From: the human T2T-CHM13v2.0 reference genome, Homo sapiens
DNA: 64,000 nucleotides
Assembly: GCF_009914755.1 (NCBI RefSeq)
Contig: NC_060940.1
Reading direction: 5' to 3' (one strand)
Shown here: positions 18,123-30,959 of the stretch, in pieces
Position numbering within the stretch: position 1 is the first letter of the stretch
Layout: the number at the start of each line of letters is the position of its first letter
Made by a program: the position numbers and the translations under genes
The notes under the pieces: model-generated
Seen by the model: only the letters and a program-made list of their open reading frames with translations
Told to the model about the DNA's origin: nothing
The model's database searches: none

Positions 18123-18462
18123 CAGTACCCCCCCTTACCCATGCTTCCACTTTCCTAGGTTTTAATTACCCATAGTCAACTGTGATCTGAAAATATTAGA
18201 TGAGAAACTCCAGAAATAAACAATTTGTAAGTTTCAGATTGCATACTCTTCTGGGTAGTAGCATGATGAAGTCTGATCGTCCTGCTGTGTCCAGCCTGGG
18301 ACGTGAGTCATTCCTTTGTCCAGCATGTCCAAGCTGTGTGGCACGTATGGGCAGGAAAAAGCATAGCATATACGGGGTTCCGCACCATCCACGGTTTCTG
18401 ACGTCCACGTGGTGGGGGGAGGGGGCGCTTCTTGAAACCCTCATGGATGAGGGGGACTACTG
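18123..18462 (+). mobile_element. MER44A-like (TcMar-Tigger) DNA transposon
   Basis: Terminal inverted repeats cagtaccccccctta... and ...atgagggggactactg; internal ccagaaataaacaatt and gggacgtgagtcattcctttgtccag. Confidence 0.85.
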
Positions 18463-18646
18463 TGAACCAAAAGCTTAATTTAAAGAGGTGACCACAGACT
18501 ATATTGCACTATTCAGGATTTAGTTATCTTTTTGAATTGTAAACAGATAATCAAGAACAAACATTCCGGAAGATGTTTCTTGTTTCCTTTGCTTTTTATT
18601 TTCTTCTGATGCTTCTTGGTGTCTTTTCTTGCTGCGGATCCCACAG

Positions 18647-18709
18647 GGACACCTCCACATCGCCAAGGTGCCGCAGGGGGAGCAAGTCCAGATCACGCAG
18701 GACAGCGAG
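18647..18709 (+). pseudogene. BANP: BANP-derived exon B (63 nt, phase 0 to 0)
   Basis: atcccacag|GGACACCTC...GACAGCGAG|gtgagt encodes GHLHIAKVPQGEQVQITQDSE. Confidence 0.92.
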
Positions 18710-21211
18710 GTGAGTCATCTCTCGCTGCAGCCCTGTCCCTGCAGGCACTGTGCCCGCATGCTCCTGACCTTCATCGGTGTCACAGTGCGAGGGCAGCAGG
18801 GAGCCCCCAGGATGGGGAACATGGGCGAGGGCTGCAGGACTCCGCTTCCAGGGTGCACATAGCAGGCCTGCAGTCTCTGTGGCCTCACTGCCTCCCCCTC
18901 CTGTCCGTTGGTCTCCACAGCTTCTGGTCTGTCTTGGCAAAGATCTCCTGGGTAGATGTTTCTGCTTCTGGCTCGAAGTGCCCTCTGAGTACCCTTCTCT
19001 CCCTGTCTGGCCCTGCCCTTCCTGCCAGGGGAGGGCCCCAGTGTGGCCGAGATGGGGTCTGCCCCTGCACAGGTGACCTGACATACCCCCTCACCTGCCA
19101 TGTGGCCCCAGCTTCCTGGTGGCCTCTACGGGATTAGTGCCGATTTCATAGGATGGTGGGGAATCCCACAAGGTGATGCTGCCAGTCCTGAGAGCTGGTC
19201 ATAGCCCTGACGCACCTGCCATGTCTGTGATTGTCTCAGTTTCTGGAGCTCTACCCAGCCACGCGCTCAGAAGTGCGGGCTCAGCTGCTGTTGGGGTCTG
19301 GAATGTGAAGGCGGGAGTGACAGTCTGAGTTCTTGGAAAGCCGAGGCCGGCCGGTTGCGATGCTCCGTGTTTGCGTGCCAGAGCAGGACTGTCTTCCGGG
19401 TGGCTGGTGACCATCCTTCGACTCTGGGCTGTTTCCTGCAGCACAGGCAGCAGCAGGCACAGGGCAGTAAGCAGCGCACACGTGCTGTACTGAGTGACCG
19501 TGGTGCGCTCTGGGGGATGAGGAACATGGCTGTTTCTAGGTCGTGCCAATGGCACCAGCTTTGTGTTTGGTGTATAGTAGTGTATCGCTACGAAGATCTC
19601 AGGCTTCCCCACACACACCAGCAGCAGAGACTAGGAAGCCCGGGTGCTGAGGTCAAGGGGACTCATGGAGATGTTGGCGTGCGAGGGCTCCCGGGAGCTC
19701 ATGCTGGGTGCAGGTGCTGTGGGGGAGCAGAGGAGAGAGAAGCCCTGCCATCGGGGACTCACAGCGGGCGCAGAGCCTCCTGCCCAAGTGCCCATGAGCA
19801 AGACTGTGGACACATGCATGCCGTGGCACGTGGAGCACCAGGGACTTGGGCGTGTCTGCTGGCAGTGGCTTTAATTTGGACACCAGCAGTTCCCAGTGGG
19901 TTATTCTGAGAGGGGAGCACATGCATAAGGGTTCCGGGGCGGAATGAGGAAGAGGTGAAAGGGGAGGAATGAATTCATATGGGGGCCATGAGCGACTGGG
20001 AATGAGTGGGCTCATCCACACAGCGACATGACCAGGTCACTAAGAAACATATGGTCAGATGGATGGATGGAAGGAAGCACCAGGGCGGGGAGCAGGTAGG
20101 GGACGGTCCCAGGAGGCCAGAGTGTCCAGGAAGGGGCAGGGCCTGGTTCTGTGTCTGTGGGTGGGCCAGGGACCATCTCCCTGGAGATGTCGGGAGATGC
20201 GCCTGTCAGCTCAGCAAGGTCAGGTGCAGGAGTTGGGGGCCTGAGTGGCTGCGAGGTGCAGGATCCCAGCAGCACCTTCCAGTGCAGGAGCTGCCTTTGA
20301 GGGGCAGGGGAAGGTTGGCTTCTCAAGGCACAGACAGGTGGGGGCTGGGAGGCTAAGCTCACTGCCAGAGACCTCAGCCAGAGTTCTTGAATACCTGGAA
20401 GCCTATGAAGTTCGTCGGAATGCTTAATTTCCTTAGAGTCATTGAAAATGCAGGAAAATTGAAACGGCAGCAAAAGAAAAAAATCAACACACATTTGCTT
20501 TTTATAGTTTATGCTAAAAAATCTTGACTACTGGAATTTCAATTTTTTATTATTAGTTTTATCCTTCAGTTTTCAAAACTGAATCCATCTTGTATAGGTG
20601 ATTGTCTTTCATTTTCATTAGGAATTGAATGCAGTAAGTTAGAAATTGCTAATAATACTAACGATGGCTTTGTGATAAGTGACAGTATGCAGTCTCCTCA
20701 CCATAAATTCATACCATGTTCATTTAAAATTATTTTGTTAAAACAGGATATCTGCAAATAAACATTTAGCAGGGTCTAACAGACATAAAACAGTTCCTTT
20801 TTACAACAAATGAAAATGAATTTCTAACTGGAGAGCTCTTAGTAGCTCTGTGGTTGAGTGAGTTGGTTCCTTGCGTGCAGCCCGTGACCTGGCGTGGTGA
20901 TGCCGCACAGCTCAGCAAGGCGTCCCCCTTTGGGGAAGCTGGGTGACATGCACATAGCACCTCTCTCTGCTACTTTCTGTACTTTTTGTGAGTCAGATTC
21001 TTTCAAAATAAAAAATGAAGTAAAAATGACATTTTCATTTGGGGTCAGGGTGGGGGAATGGGTACAGTGCTTTTTGAGTTGTTTGTTCATCTTTAAAATA
21101 ATAAATAGTACCTAGAAATCTAAATATTTTGTTTTGGGGCTTTTGTTGCTACTGGAGGTTGAATTTTTGCAGAACTAGTGTTTTTCTTGTTATTCTCAAG
21201 TGGCCTGTGAT

Positions 21212-21343
21212 GTGTCTTGGCGTGTTTGCCGTGTCTGCGGGTGTCTTGGCGTGTTTGCCGTGTCTGCGGGTGTCTTGGTGTGTTTGCCGTGTCTGCGGGT
21301 GTCTTGGCGTGTTTGCCGTGTCTGCGGGTGTCTTGGTGTGTTT
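21212..21343. repeat. 29-bp minisatellite, ~4.5 copies (GTGTCTTGGYGTGTTTGCCGTGTCTGCGG)
   Basis: Units start at 21212, 21241, 21270, 21299 and 21328. Confidence 0.95.
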
Positions 21344-21378
21344 CTACTCATGACCGTTCCTCCTCTCGTTCTTTGTAG

Positions 21379-21417
21379 GGCAACCTCCAGATCCATCACG
21401 TGGGGCAGGATGGTCAG
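21379..21417 (+). pseudogene. BANP: BANP-derived exon C (39 nt, phase 0 to 0)
   Basis: ctttgtag|GGCAACCTC...GATGGTCAG|gtgagt encodes GNLQIHHVGQDGQ. Confidence 0.9.
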
Positions 21418-21655
21418 GTGAGTGTCCCAGTCCCCATGCACATGCGGGCATTGCGCTGCCAAGGGGTGGGGTTCTCAGGGGAGGGGGTGGGACGGTCAGG
21501 TGAGTGCCCTGGTCCCCATGTACATGTGGGCATTGTGCTGCCGAGGGGTGGGGCTCTCATGGGAAGGGGGCGGATGGTCAGGTGAGTGCCACAGTCCCCC
21601 TCTCACATATAGGCCATTGTGCTGCCAAGGAATGGGGGCTCTCATGGGAGGAAGC
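21408..21655 (+). repeat. 82-bp tandem repeat x3, each unit containing GGTCAG|GTGAGT
   Basis: Donor GT at 21418, 21500 and 21582. Confidence 0.9.
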
Positions 21656-23764
21656 GAGGGTGCAAAGGCCTCTCAGTGTGAGCCCCAGAGCAGGACTGGC
21701 TTTCCTCACCATGGCAATGCACAGGCCTGGAAGGGGGAGGGCGGGGCTTGGGGGTTACATTTGCTGCTCTGTAGGATTTCAGCAGCTTTTGCATTATGGC
21801 GGAAACATGCCCTCCCACCCCCACCACCCCACCCCCTTCAGATGGTTATTTTCTGCACACGCATGCGTATGTTGATGGTGGTCATATCTGCACAGATAAC
21901 TCTGTTAGAAAAAGGTGGTTTCGCTCCTGTGTATTGCCATCAAACTCACAAACTTGCCTGCTTTCTAATCCTTGACAAAAAGAGTGACCATTGGTTGAAC
22001 ACCCCAGTACGAATGGTCTTTACAAAATGATGTGCTCCGACGGTGCGGGTCCTGGGGAGGGTGTTGCTGTGCAGGACAGAGTCAACTCTCTGGTGGTTTT
22101 GAGGCTGTGTGTTCCTAGGTCCTGGTGAAGACCCTTTCTGTTCAGGAGATGGCTGTCACCTCTGGATCATTGAAGAATCTGGGTGATCTTCCCATTTCAT
22201 AAAACAGAAGCTGGGAAGTTGACAGTGAGAACCATAAACAGAACTCACTGTGTAGAAAGATAATACTAATTTTTCAAAACCACAGCACACTGTCCTTCGA
22301 GAAACCTGCATGTGTTCCCTTTGTCAAGGCCAGGCCCTGCAGATCTCTGACCCGACTGAGCCTGGGGCACCCCCAGAGTGAGGTGCTTAACACAGAGGGG
22401 GACAGAAGGGCATGTGCTCCCGTGGGCTTTCCGTTGACCCCTCAGAGGCACCTTGGGAGAAGGGCTGCAGACCCTCCAAAACTGGTTTATGTCAGAGTTT
22501 CTTAGTTGGAAAGTTTCATCTTAAAGATCAGCACGAGGTTTTCTCAGGTAGTCCTGCAGCATCGCTCGTCTGTAAGTATGAAATTGCTGCTCTGGAAAAG
22601 AGCCAAAGGAATGCGCAGCTTTTAAATCCACAGTTGTGGCTTTGCGCTCACTCCACTGGGGTAATGAGGCTGCGGTCGGCGCAGTGCAGGTCAGTTCTCC
22701 GCGCCTTTGTCCCCCGTGGTTCTCACGGTCACGGGGGCAGCAGAGGACAGGGCTCATAGCTGGCGGTCCGTCTTAGTTTTCTGCAACATAGTGGTTTATG
22801 GTTCTGCTGGTAGTGGAACTGTATCATAGTTGAAACGCTGCTGGACGTTTAATTCCTAGGAAAAGTAAGGCACGTCACCTTCGATATTCCCTTGTTCCTG
22901 TCTCTACCCCTGAACAAAATCCACTTGGAATTTTAAAGATAGAACCAGGCTTTTACACTGTATCACTGCAGTGCTTCTGTTTGTGATTGTAGACAGAATT
23001 CTCCCAACTCTACTGTGGGGACAGAGATTCCAGCTTTTCTCAGCAGGCATGGAGGCCCATTGGCTCCAGCACAGATCTGAGTTCAGGAAGGACTCAGGGC
23101 TGATGTCGGAGGAGTTGCTGTCTGGATTTCTCTGAACAAGATTCCGTTCTGGTGTCTCTCGTTCCTCCGTCACTGCTGCCGCCCCACGTGCCTTTGCACT
23201 GCAAGCAGGGTCGCAACTGCTGCTCATTCCCGCCTCTTCCGTGGCCCCTCCGAGTTCCCACTGTCTCTAAGTGGCCTCACCGCAGAATGAATAAAGCTGC
23301 CGTACTACCACTTTTTATGTGAAACAAATAATAATTTATAAATCACCTTTTTTTTTTTCCCCTTGTGAACTCTCATACGCTCCTGATTCCTATTATCGGT
23401 CACATTTCTGGGACCTCAAATCAAAGACGGCTTCAGGAGAGGCCGGTGCTGCACTCAGGGTAACGGGCGGAATCTTGGTACACGGTCCCTGCTTCTCTTG
23501 GGAAGGAAACTGCTGTGTGATTTAAAGAAACCGCTGTGTTCAACTGAAGCTGCCTTTTCTGGTAAATCTGTGTAGTGAACCCCCTCATTTTCCATTTGTG
23601 GAAATTCTTTTTTTTTCCCATCATTTGGCCAGTTCTCATTCCTGCTGAGCTACACCCTGCTCATGCAGGCTTTGTCCTCCGGGCTGGCCACACATTTGGG
23701 AGACAGAAGGATGTTTCAGAAAGCACAGAGAAGCCCACTCACCTCGATGTTGTTGACTGGGCTA

Positions 23765-24027
23765 AGAAGCCCCAAGCCGTGGTGGGGGTCACACAGCCCA
23801 TTCGCTCTCCTCCCCGTCCCCATTGCCTACAGAAGCCCCGAGCAGTGCGGGGGACACACGGCCCATTCGCTCTCCTCCCCGTCCCCGTGCCTACAGAAGC
23901 CCTGAGCTGTGGGGGCGGTCACATGGCCCATTCACTCTCCTCCCCATCCCCATTGCCTACAGAAGCCCCGAGCAGTGCGGGGGACACACGGCCCATTCCC
24001 TCTCCTCCCCACCCCCATGCCCACAGG
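23765..24027. repeat. 65-bp minisatellite, ~4 copies
   Basis: gcccattc recurs at 23796, 23861, 23926 and 23991. Confidence 0.93.
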
Positions 24028-25330
24028 AGGATAGTGCATGCAGGTCTAGGGCTCTCTCTTCTCCAGCCAGACTTGATCTCAGAAGCATCCTTCATGTGAC
24101 ACTGCAGATGGCTCAGCTCCCCGTCCTGTCCCAGAGGCCCTTGGCCTGCCCTGGTGTGAGCACTGGCTTGATTGACGGGAGACCCTGCAGCCCACGCTTG
24201 TTCCAGGTAGTTGGGGGAAGGCGAGGAACAGCACCCCAACTGGAGTAAGAGAACACAAAGAAATGGACGCGGCTGCTTTAAGTTCCTAGATCACTGAGGA
24301 TTGGCTTAGTATTCCCTTCTGATTCCCTAGTTCCAACTGTCATTTAGGAGTGGTTATGTGGCAGTAGACTCAGAATCTGACAGAGCAGCTAGAAATCCTC
24401 TTGGGAGGGTGGCCAGGCCTCCCCTCTTCCGGCCGTCCGTTTTCCATCCTGGGGCTGGGGCCTGTGCCCTGCGCCCTGCACCCCACATCCTGCACACCAC
24501 CCCCTTTCCTTGTGCTGGGCTCACACTTGTTGCTGTTCTCCTCCTATTCCACTTCTGAGATGATTGTTGCTATTACTTCTTGTAGTTAATTGATTATTTT
24601 CAGAATTAGTGGACAGCTTCTCTGAAAATAGCCTCCATTCTTAGTTCCACGGAGGGAGGGATGTGCGCTGTGCTTGTGGATTGCTGCTGGGGCGACGGGT
24701 TTGAGGCCACGTCTGCGGCCAGCAGCAATGTCAGTTCCAGGAGGACCTTGGTGGCTGCGGTGCTGGGAAGTGCCATTGTGCTGCGTTGGTGTGACCCTGT
24801 GGCACCTGCTGCCAGGGGACCATTCTTTTTGAGTCATGTTTTCTTCAAATTAAATATTGAGAGATTCTAGTCACATCCCACAGTTGCCATTTGCTGTCTG
24901 AGTAGAAAATATGAAGAATCGCCTGATTTGAAGCTATGTGGTCAGTTTCATGTCCATAGCAGCCTTGCTTTTCTTCCTTGCTGAGAGATGGAATGCCCCG
25001 TCTCACGCTCTTTCTGCCATTATGTCTCTGTCTGCTCTGATACTGAGGTTCCAGGAGGGCTGCCTTGGCCTCCTTTCCCTGTAGCCCACGACCCCCGCAT
25101 TCTCTGGCTTCTTTGCCGACAGTTGTGGTGTGCGCTTACATCTGGTGCTGGGTTGCAGGCAGGGTGGGACTCACAGCTGTTCGTTGACTCTGGGAGGGCT
25201 CCCCTGGCTGAGGCTGTCTGCTGACAGGTGCTCTTCAGGTGAGCGTGAGCCTGCACTAAGGAATGCTGATTAGAGTCCATTTCAGGCCCTGTTGGGCACA
25301 CTGGGAGTGCGCAAGAGCCACAGAGCCTGA

Positions 25331-25450
25331 GAGACACAGTAGGAGGGTGGGAGATGCAGTAGGAGGGTGAGAGATGCAGTAGGAGCATGGGAGATGCAGT
25401 AGGAGGGTGGGAGACACAGTAGGAGGGTGAGAGACACAGTAGGAGGGGTC
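25331..25450. repeat. 20-bp minisatellite x6 (GAGAYRCAGTAGGAGGGTGR)
   Basis: Read directly from the sequence. Confidence 0.93.
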
Positions 25451-26079
25451 GGGAGAGCCACCTGCACCAAGGCCTCAGGACAGCGAATGGCACAGCCATG
25501 GGGAGGGTGACTGCCTGTGCAAGGCTGGAGGCCATGGGCACCCAGGTCCAGTGAGGTCGGATGGAGCCCCCGGTGCTCAGCCTCCTGTGACCAGTGTTGG
25601 GGGGTAGCAGTAGCGGATGGTGCATCCCAAATGTGGGCAAGAAGTTTGGAAAGATTGGTGGAGCACCAGAGGCTTCATAAAGAGCCATTTGGGAAGACAA
25701 GGTTCAGGGGATGGTGGTGGGTGCACATGTGTGGGGACGCACTGGCTGCATGGTGCCCGCTTCCTCTTCCCCGAGCCGTGCTCTCCAGCGCTGTGTCTCA
25801 GCCTCCCCTCCAGGAGCGCTCACTTCCTCTCAGCTCTGGGCCCCTGTGGCCTCTGCTTTGCCAGCTGCCCAGCCGTGATGACTAGTTTCCACTCCAGTGC
25901 TATCTCTGTCTTTATTGTTCTTTTTGACCTCTAGGTGCACATGCTGTCGTGCCCCAGTGTTCCAGCATCGCTGACTGGGAGAGGGAAGAAGAGGTGAGGG
26001 AGAGGGAAGAAGAGGTGAAGGGCTTTCTTAGAACACTGACATTGAAATTGCAGCTGAATCTTTAAAAAAAAAATGTTTT

Positions 26080-26376
<297 letters not shown>

Positions 26377-27691
26377 TCAATGGTTTTTCAAAAAATTAAA
26401 ATACTTAAAAAATTATTTGGAACCACTTTGGCTGGTTTCAAAGGTTGTGTATTATCTTTCCTCCTGAATAACAACTTTACATAAGAACAAGCATTCAGTT
26501 CACTGTGGGAGGTGCCTAAGTGAGAGTCTCAGTCTCGGGCTTTGTAGAGCTGAGCCCCTGTGTGTGTGTGGACGTGTGCTGCCCTCCTCGCCTCCTGCCC
26601 TCCACCGCGTCCTCATCATGCACCTAATCTGCTGCCTTCCAGGGAAGCCAAACAGCCACTGCTGTTGGAGTTGAAATTAAAATGCAGTGGCTGGTTCTGG
26701 TCATGGCTCCAGGCATGGGTAGCTCCTTCGGGTGAGCTGTGTAGAGCTGAGCCTGGGTCTTTGGCTGTTTAGATGCATTTGTGGCTGTGTTCTGGGTGCT
26801 TCTTCGTTGAGAGTGGAGTTGTGGAGAAATGGCTCCTTCATCAGCTGAATACACTGTGCTGATTTCTTTTGTCCCTGCCTCACTGGGGGTGTGAGGCATC
26901 CGGGCAGCATTTTCCTTTACTGGACAATCCCCTAGTGTTGGCTTTGTTGCTCAGTGAGTATTTGAAATTAATTATTTGCTGCCCTGGGCATGAAGATCAA
27001 ATGATATCATAGCAGAAATTCGGAATGATTTAAGTAGAGGTGTTATTGTATTGCCCATATGGTTAACTTAAGGGATTGCAGAATTGGTTTGAGTAGAGGA
27101 CAGGCCTTGTATGGTAAATTAGACCAGAATCAGGGGCATCTGGAATTCCCTGAAATTCCCTGGAGCAGGGAGAGGCAGTCTGGTGTGCCAGCGATTCACA
27201 GAGCGAGAGAGTACGTTCAGACAGATGGTGCCAGGAGTGTAAAATAATTTATTGTCTAAGGAATTTCAATTTTCAGTTAGTGGTAAGGATAATAGAATCT
27301 TTAATTTGGTGCAGATTTTCAGAAGATTCTGAAAAACAAAAAAAGCCCTTAAAAATTAAGAGTTGTAAGGATTGAAATTTGCAGGGAGGTGGATGACTTT
27401 ATTTTTGAGTGCATTTTAAATGAAAATTGATGGGTTTTTTATGAGGTCATGGGAACTTTTGCATGAGGTGGATAGACCAGTTGGCCACTTCAGGGGGCTG
27501 GCAGGGGAACCGCTGGTTGGTCATACCCGCATCTTGGTGCAGCTGCTTTGCTGCCGTGGGTACCCTGAGCCAGTGCTGCGTGACCTGGGCAGACTCCCTA
27601 TAAAGGTGAACTCGCATTCTGCGGCGATGCTGCCTCTGGAGTGATGAGTGCACGCGAGCTGCATGGCTGGACTCTACCAGCATCTGCGCAA

Positions 27692-27883
27692 GCCACAGCA
27701 GGAAGCAGCTTTCCATCGCGGTTCTAGAACCCTCCTCTCTCACTCATGCGTGTGCACACACACAGTCGGAACAGGTCCACAGGACAACAGGCCACAGCGA
27801 GAAGGCAGCTTTCCATTGTGGTTCCAGAGCCCTCCTCCCTCACTCACGTGTGTGCACTTACACGGTCCGAACAGGTCCACAGA
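27692..27883. repeat. Diverged 100-bp tandem duplication
   Basis: gcagctttccat at 27705 and 27805; gaacaggtccacag occurs twice. Confidence 0.85.
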
Positions 27884-28158
27884 ATGGTATTACTGTGTGC
27901 TGATTGCACTAATATTTTTTATTCTGTTTTCTGTTCTGCTTTTCTGTTTCTCTTCCTTTTTGTCTCTTTGAAAACTGGCTATGACACATTGCATTGATTT
28001 TGCAACCCACACTTTGAAAAATACTGGAATAGATGATCGCTAATGTCTCTTTCGTAAGAGTTTGTAGTTCTAAAAGTTGTAATTGAGTAGCTGGGACTAT
28101 AGGTGTGCACCACTGCATCTGTGTAATTAAGTAATTTTTAAAAATTTACAACTATATA

Positions 28159-28484
<326 letters not shown>

Positions 28485-28624
28485 TTAATATTCTTCCTCT
28501 CATATTTTGATAAATCAAAAGATAATTGTTCTTGAATTGGGAAGCTTTTTAAAAAATCACATTCAATCTAAGAAAAATGATTATAAATGTGCTAGTTAAA
28601 AAAATGTTTAGCGTGCTTCTCAGG

Positions 28625-28758
28625 GCTTTTCATCTAGATCAGGAAAATTAGGATTATCCGTGTCACTTGGGCATTAGAGTGAAGTTTCCCTGCTTTTCAT
28701 CTAGATCAGGAAAATTAGGATTATCCGTGTCACTTGGGCATTAGAATGAAGTTTTCCT
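28625..28758. repeat. Near-perfect 67-bp tandem duplication
   Basis: gcttttcatctagatcaggaaaattaggattatccgtgtcacttgggcattaga starts at 28625 and 28692. Confidence 0.95.
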
Positions 28759-29764
28759 GAGAACTGCAGTCAGGTTTTTGGCATGGCTGGCCTTCTGTTG
28801 GTCATATGTTAGGCATGGAATGGAAGATGGCTCGATGTTTGCTGCGGCTGTCCATGCCCCTCTACGCCATCCACAAGCCTCTGACCGAGTTATCCGTGCA
28901 TGCATTTGAGCGTTTCTTGCAGGAGAGGCCGGGGCCAAAGGAACGCTTCAGTTGCGCTGGGCTGTGCCAAGGGGCCTCAGCAGGAGCAACCCTTGGGGGC
29001 CAGAGCCCAGGCTCTTCCAGCAACAGGAAGGACCTTTCTTCCCTCTGCAGCACCTGTCGAACAAAACATGCTGGACTCCCTCATTCATTCCCGGCAGAGA
29101 AGCACTCCCCTCACCCCCCACAGAGCCCTGCTATGCCGGGCACTCAGACCAGCCAGAGGTGGGGGAGCCTGTGAGTAAAGTGGAGAATTGGAGGTGTGGT
29201 GCCACCCTGACCACAGCACCTTTCTTCTCCCTGAGGCCACCTCCTCAAATACTCTTCTTGGCCACAGATGAGGGCCCAGCTGTGGTTGGCAGATCTTTTG
29301 GGAGATAACTGGATGTGTGGGGGTGGGAGAGTTGCCATGGGTCCCAGTCTCAGGGCGGCCGCTCCCTCAGTGTCTGTCGTCTTGGGATGCGGCAGTGTCG
29401 CTTCCTCGTGCTTCAGTGCCCTCTTCACTGCGGTGGGGTGGCAGCAGCACCTGCTCAGGAAGTTGGTGGGCTTTGCTGGGTGCACACGGCCCACGTGGCA
29501 CTCACCAGCCTCTGGGCTGCCCTTGGCAGGTGCCGTCCACACTCCAGCACTCAGGGAGGGGCGGTGCAAATCCTCAAAAACTGACCACACAGGCACTGGC
29601 ACCCAGGTGGTGAGTAGGCAGGCTGTGGTCTGCAGACAGAAGCTTTACCCTGTATACGTACGAGGAGTAACAGCTGCTCATTTGAGTGAAGTCACTGGAC
29701 TGCGGCCCTTAGAGCCTCCTGACGCGGAGGTGGGCCTTTCACTTCTGCCTTTTGCATGTGTGGA

Positions 29765-29765
<1 letters not shown>

Positions 29766-29803
<38 letters not shown>
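29766..29803. repeat. (TG)n microsatellite
   Basis: Read directly from the sequence. Confidence 0.97.
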
Positions 29804-29804
<1 letters not shown>

Positions 29805-30037
29805 TTTTAGAGATACTGTTTTAAAACTGTGTACTCAAAGCATTAGTTAATTAACTAGGAAGTTTTGTCTTGTGAAAATGATGACCAGGACTGAACCTTT
29901 TAAAACAGATCATCTGAACCTCATCGCTGTAAAGCAATCTGGACTACAAAGTTCATTCTTTCACGTGAATTAAATGGTTTGGTAAAGAAATACTGAGCGT
30001 AACATGGACGTGCTCTAGTGATCTTAGGGAGCTGTGA

Positions 30038-30399
<362 letters not shown>

Positions 30400-30401
30400 T
30401 T

Positions 30402-30696
30402 GGTACTTGTGATATTTTGATACATGCCTAGAATGTGTAATGACTTTGAACAGATGTTTGCTTTTTTTTTTTCTTTCTTTGAGCAGTCTCCCGGGGCTAG
30501 GGTAAGTTCAGAGAGGCTCCTAGATCTTTGTTTCTTGTTTATTTCACCAGTTACTCATTTTCAGAAATGAATCAAAGATCTAGGAGCCTGAGCCTACTCT
30601 AGCCCCCGGAGACTGCCCAAAGAAAGAAAAAAAGAAGCAAAGATCTGTTGAAAGTCATTACACATTCTAGGCATGTATCAAAGTACCACAGGTACC
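30402..30696. repeat. Inverted repeat with ~130-bp arms (30402-30534 and 30569-30696) and a 34-nt spacer
   Basis: tttgatacatgcctagaatgtgtaatgacttt pairs with aaagtcattacacattctaggcatgtatcaaa; ggctcctagatctttg pairs with caaagatctaggagcc. Confidence 0.93.
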
Positions 30697-30758
30697 CTAT
30701 AAATATGTACAAATATTATGTATCAATAAAATAATTTTAATAATTTTTTTTAAAAAAA
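30654..30758 (+). mobile_element. Short 5'-truncated L1MA-like 3' end with TSD aagatctgttg
   Basis: ttacacatt...gtatcaaa...gtaccctataaatatgtacaaatattatgtatcaataaaa, flanked on both sides by aaagatctgttg. Confidence 0.75.
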
Positions 30759-30769
30759 AGATCTGTTGG

Positions 30770-30959
<190 letters not shown>

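Larger units (their letters stand above)
16434..21417 (+). pseudogene. BANP: Partial unprocessed duplicate of BANP (SMAR1): three internal exons of the Gln-rich C-terminal region
   Basis: Spliced peptide EPMMSTPPPARELLQPQPQPQALHYALANVQQVQIHQIGEDGQVQV / GHLHIAKVPQGEQVQITQDSE / GNLQIHHVGQDGQ matches BANP as recalled, with ~4 substitutions. No BEN-domain exons upstream and no terminal exons downstream in the window. Confidence 0.92.

Noticed and set aside
16434-21417. The functional BANP gene
   Set aside because: Only three internal exons, with substitutions, flanked by unrelated sequence and followed by SNX29 exons.
21212-25450. CRISPR-like arrays
   Set aside because: Head-to-tail minisatellites without unique spacers, in eukaryotic DNA with no cas genes.
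25020-25700. 226-aa minus-strand ORF, plus 19199-19618, 21422-22030, 23575-24099 and 29268-29804
   Set aside because: GC-rich intronic or tandem-repeat-driven open frames with no recognisable domain or exon structure.
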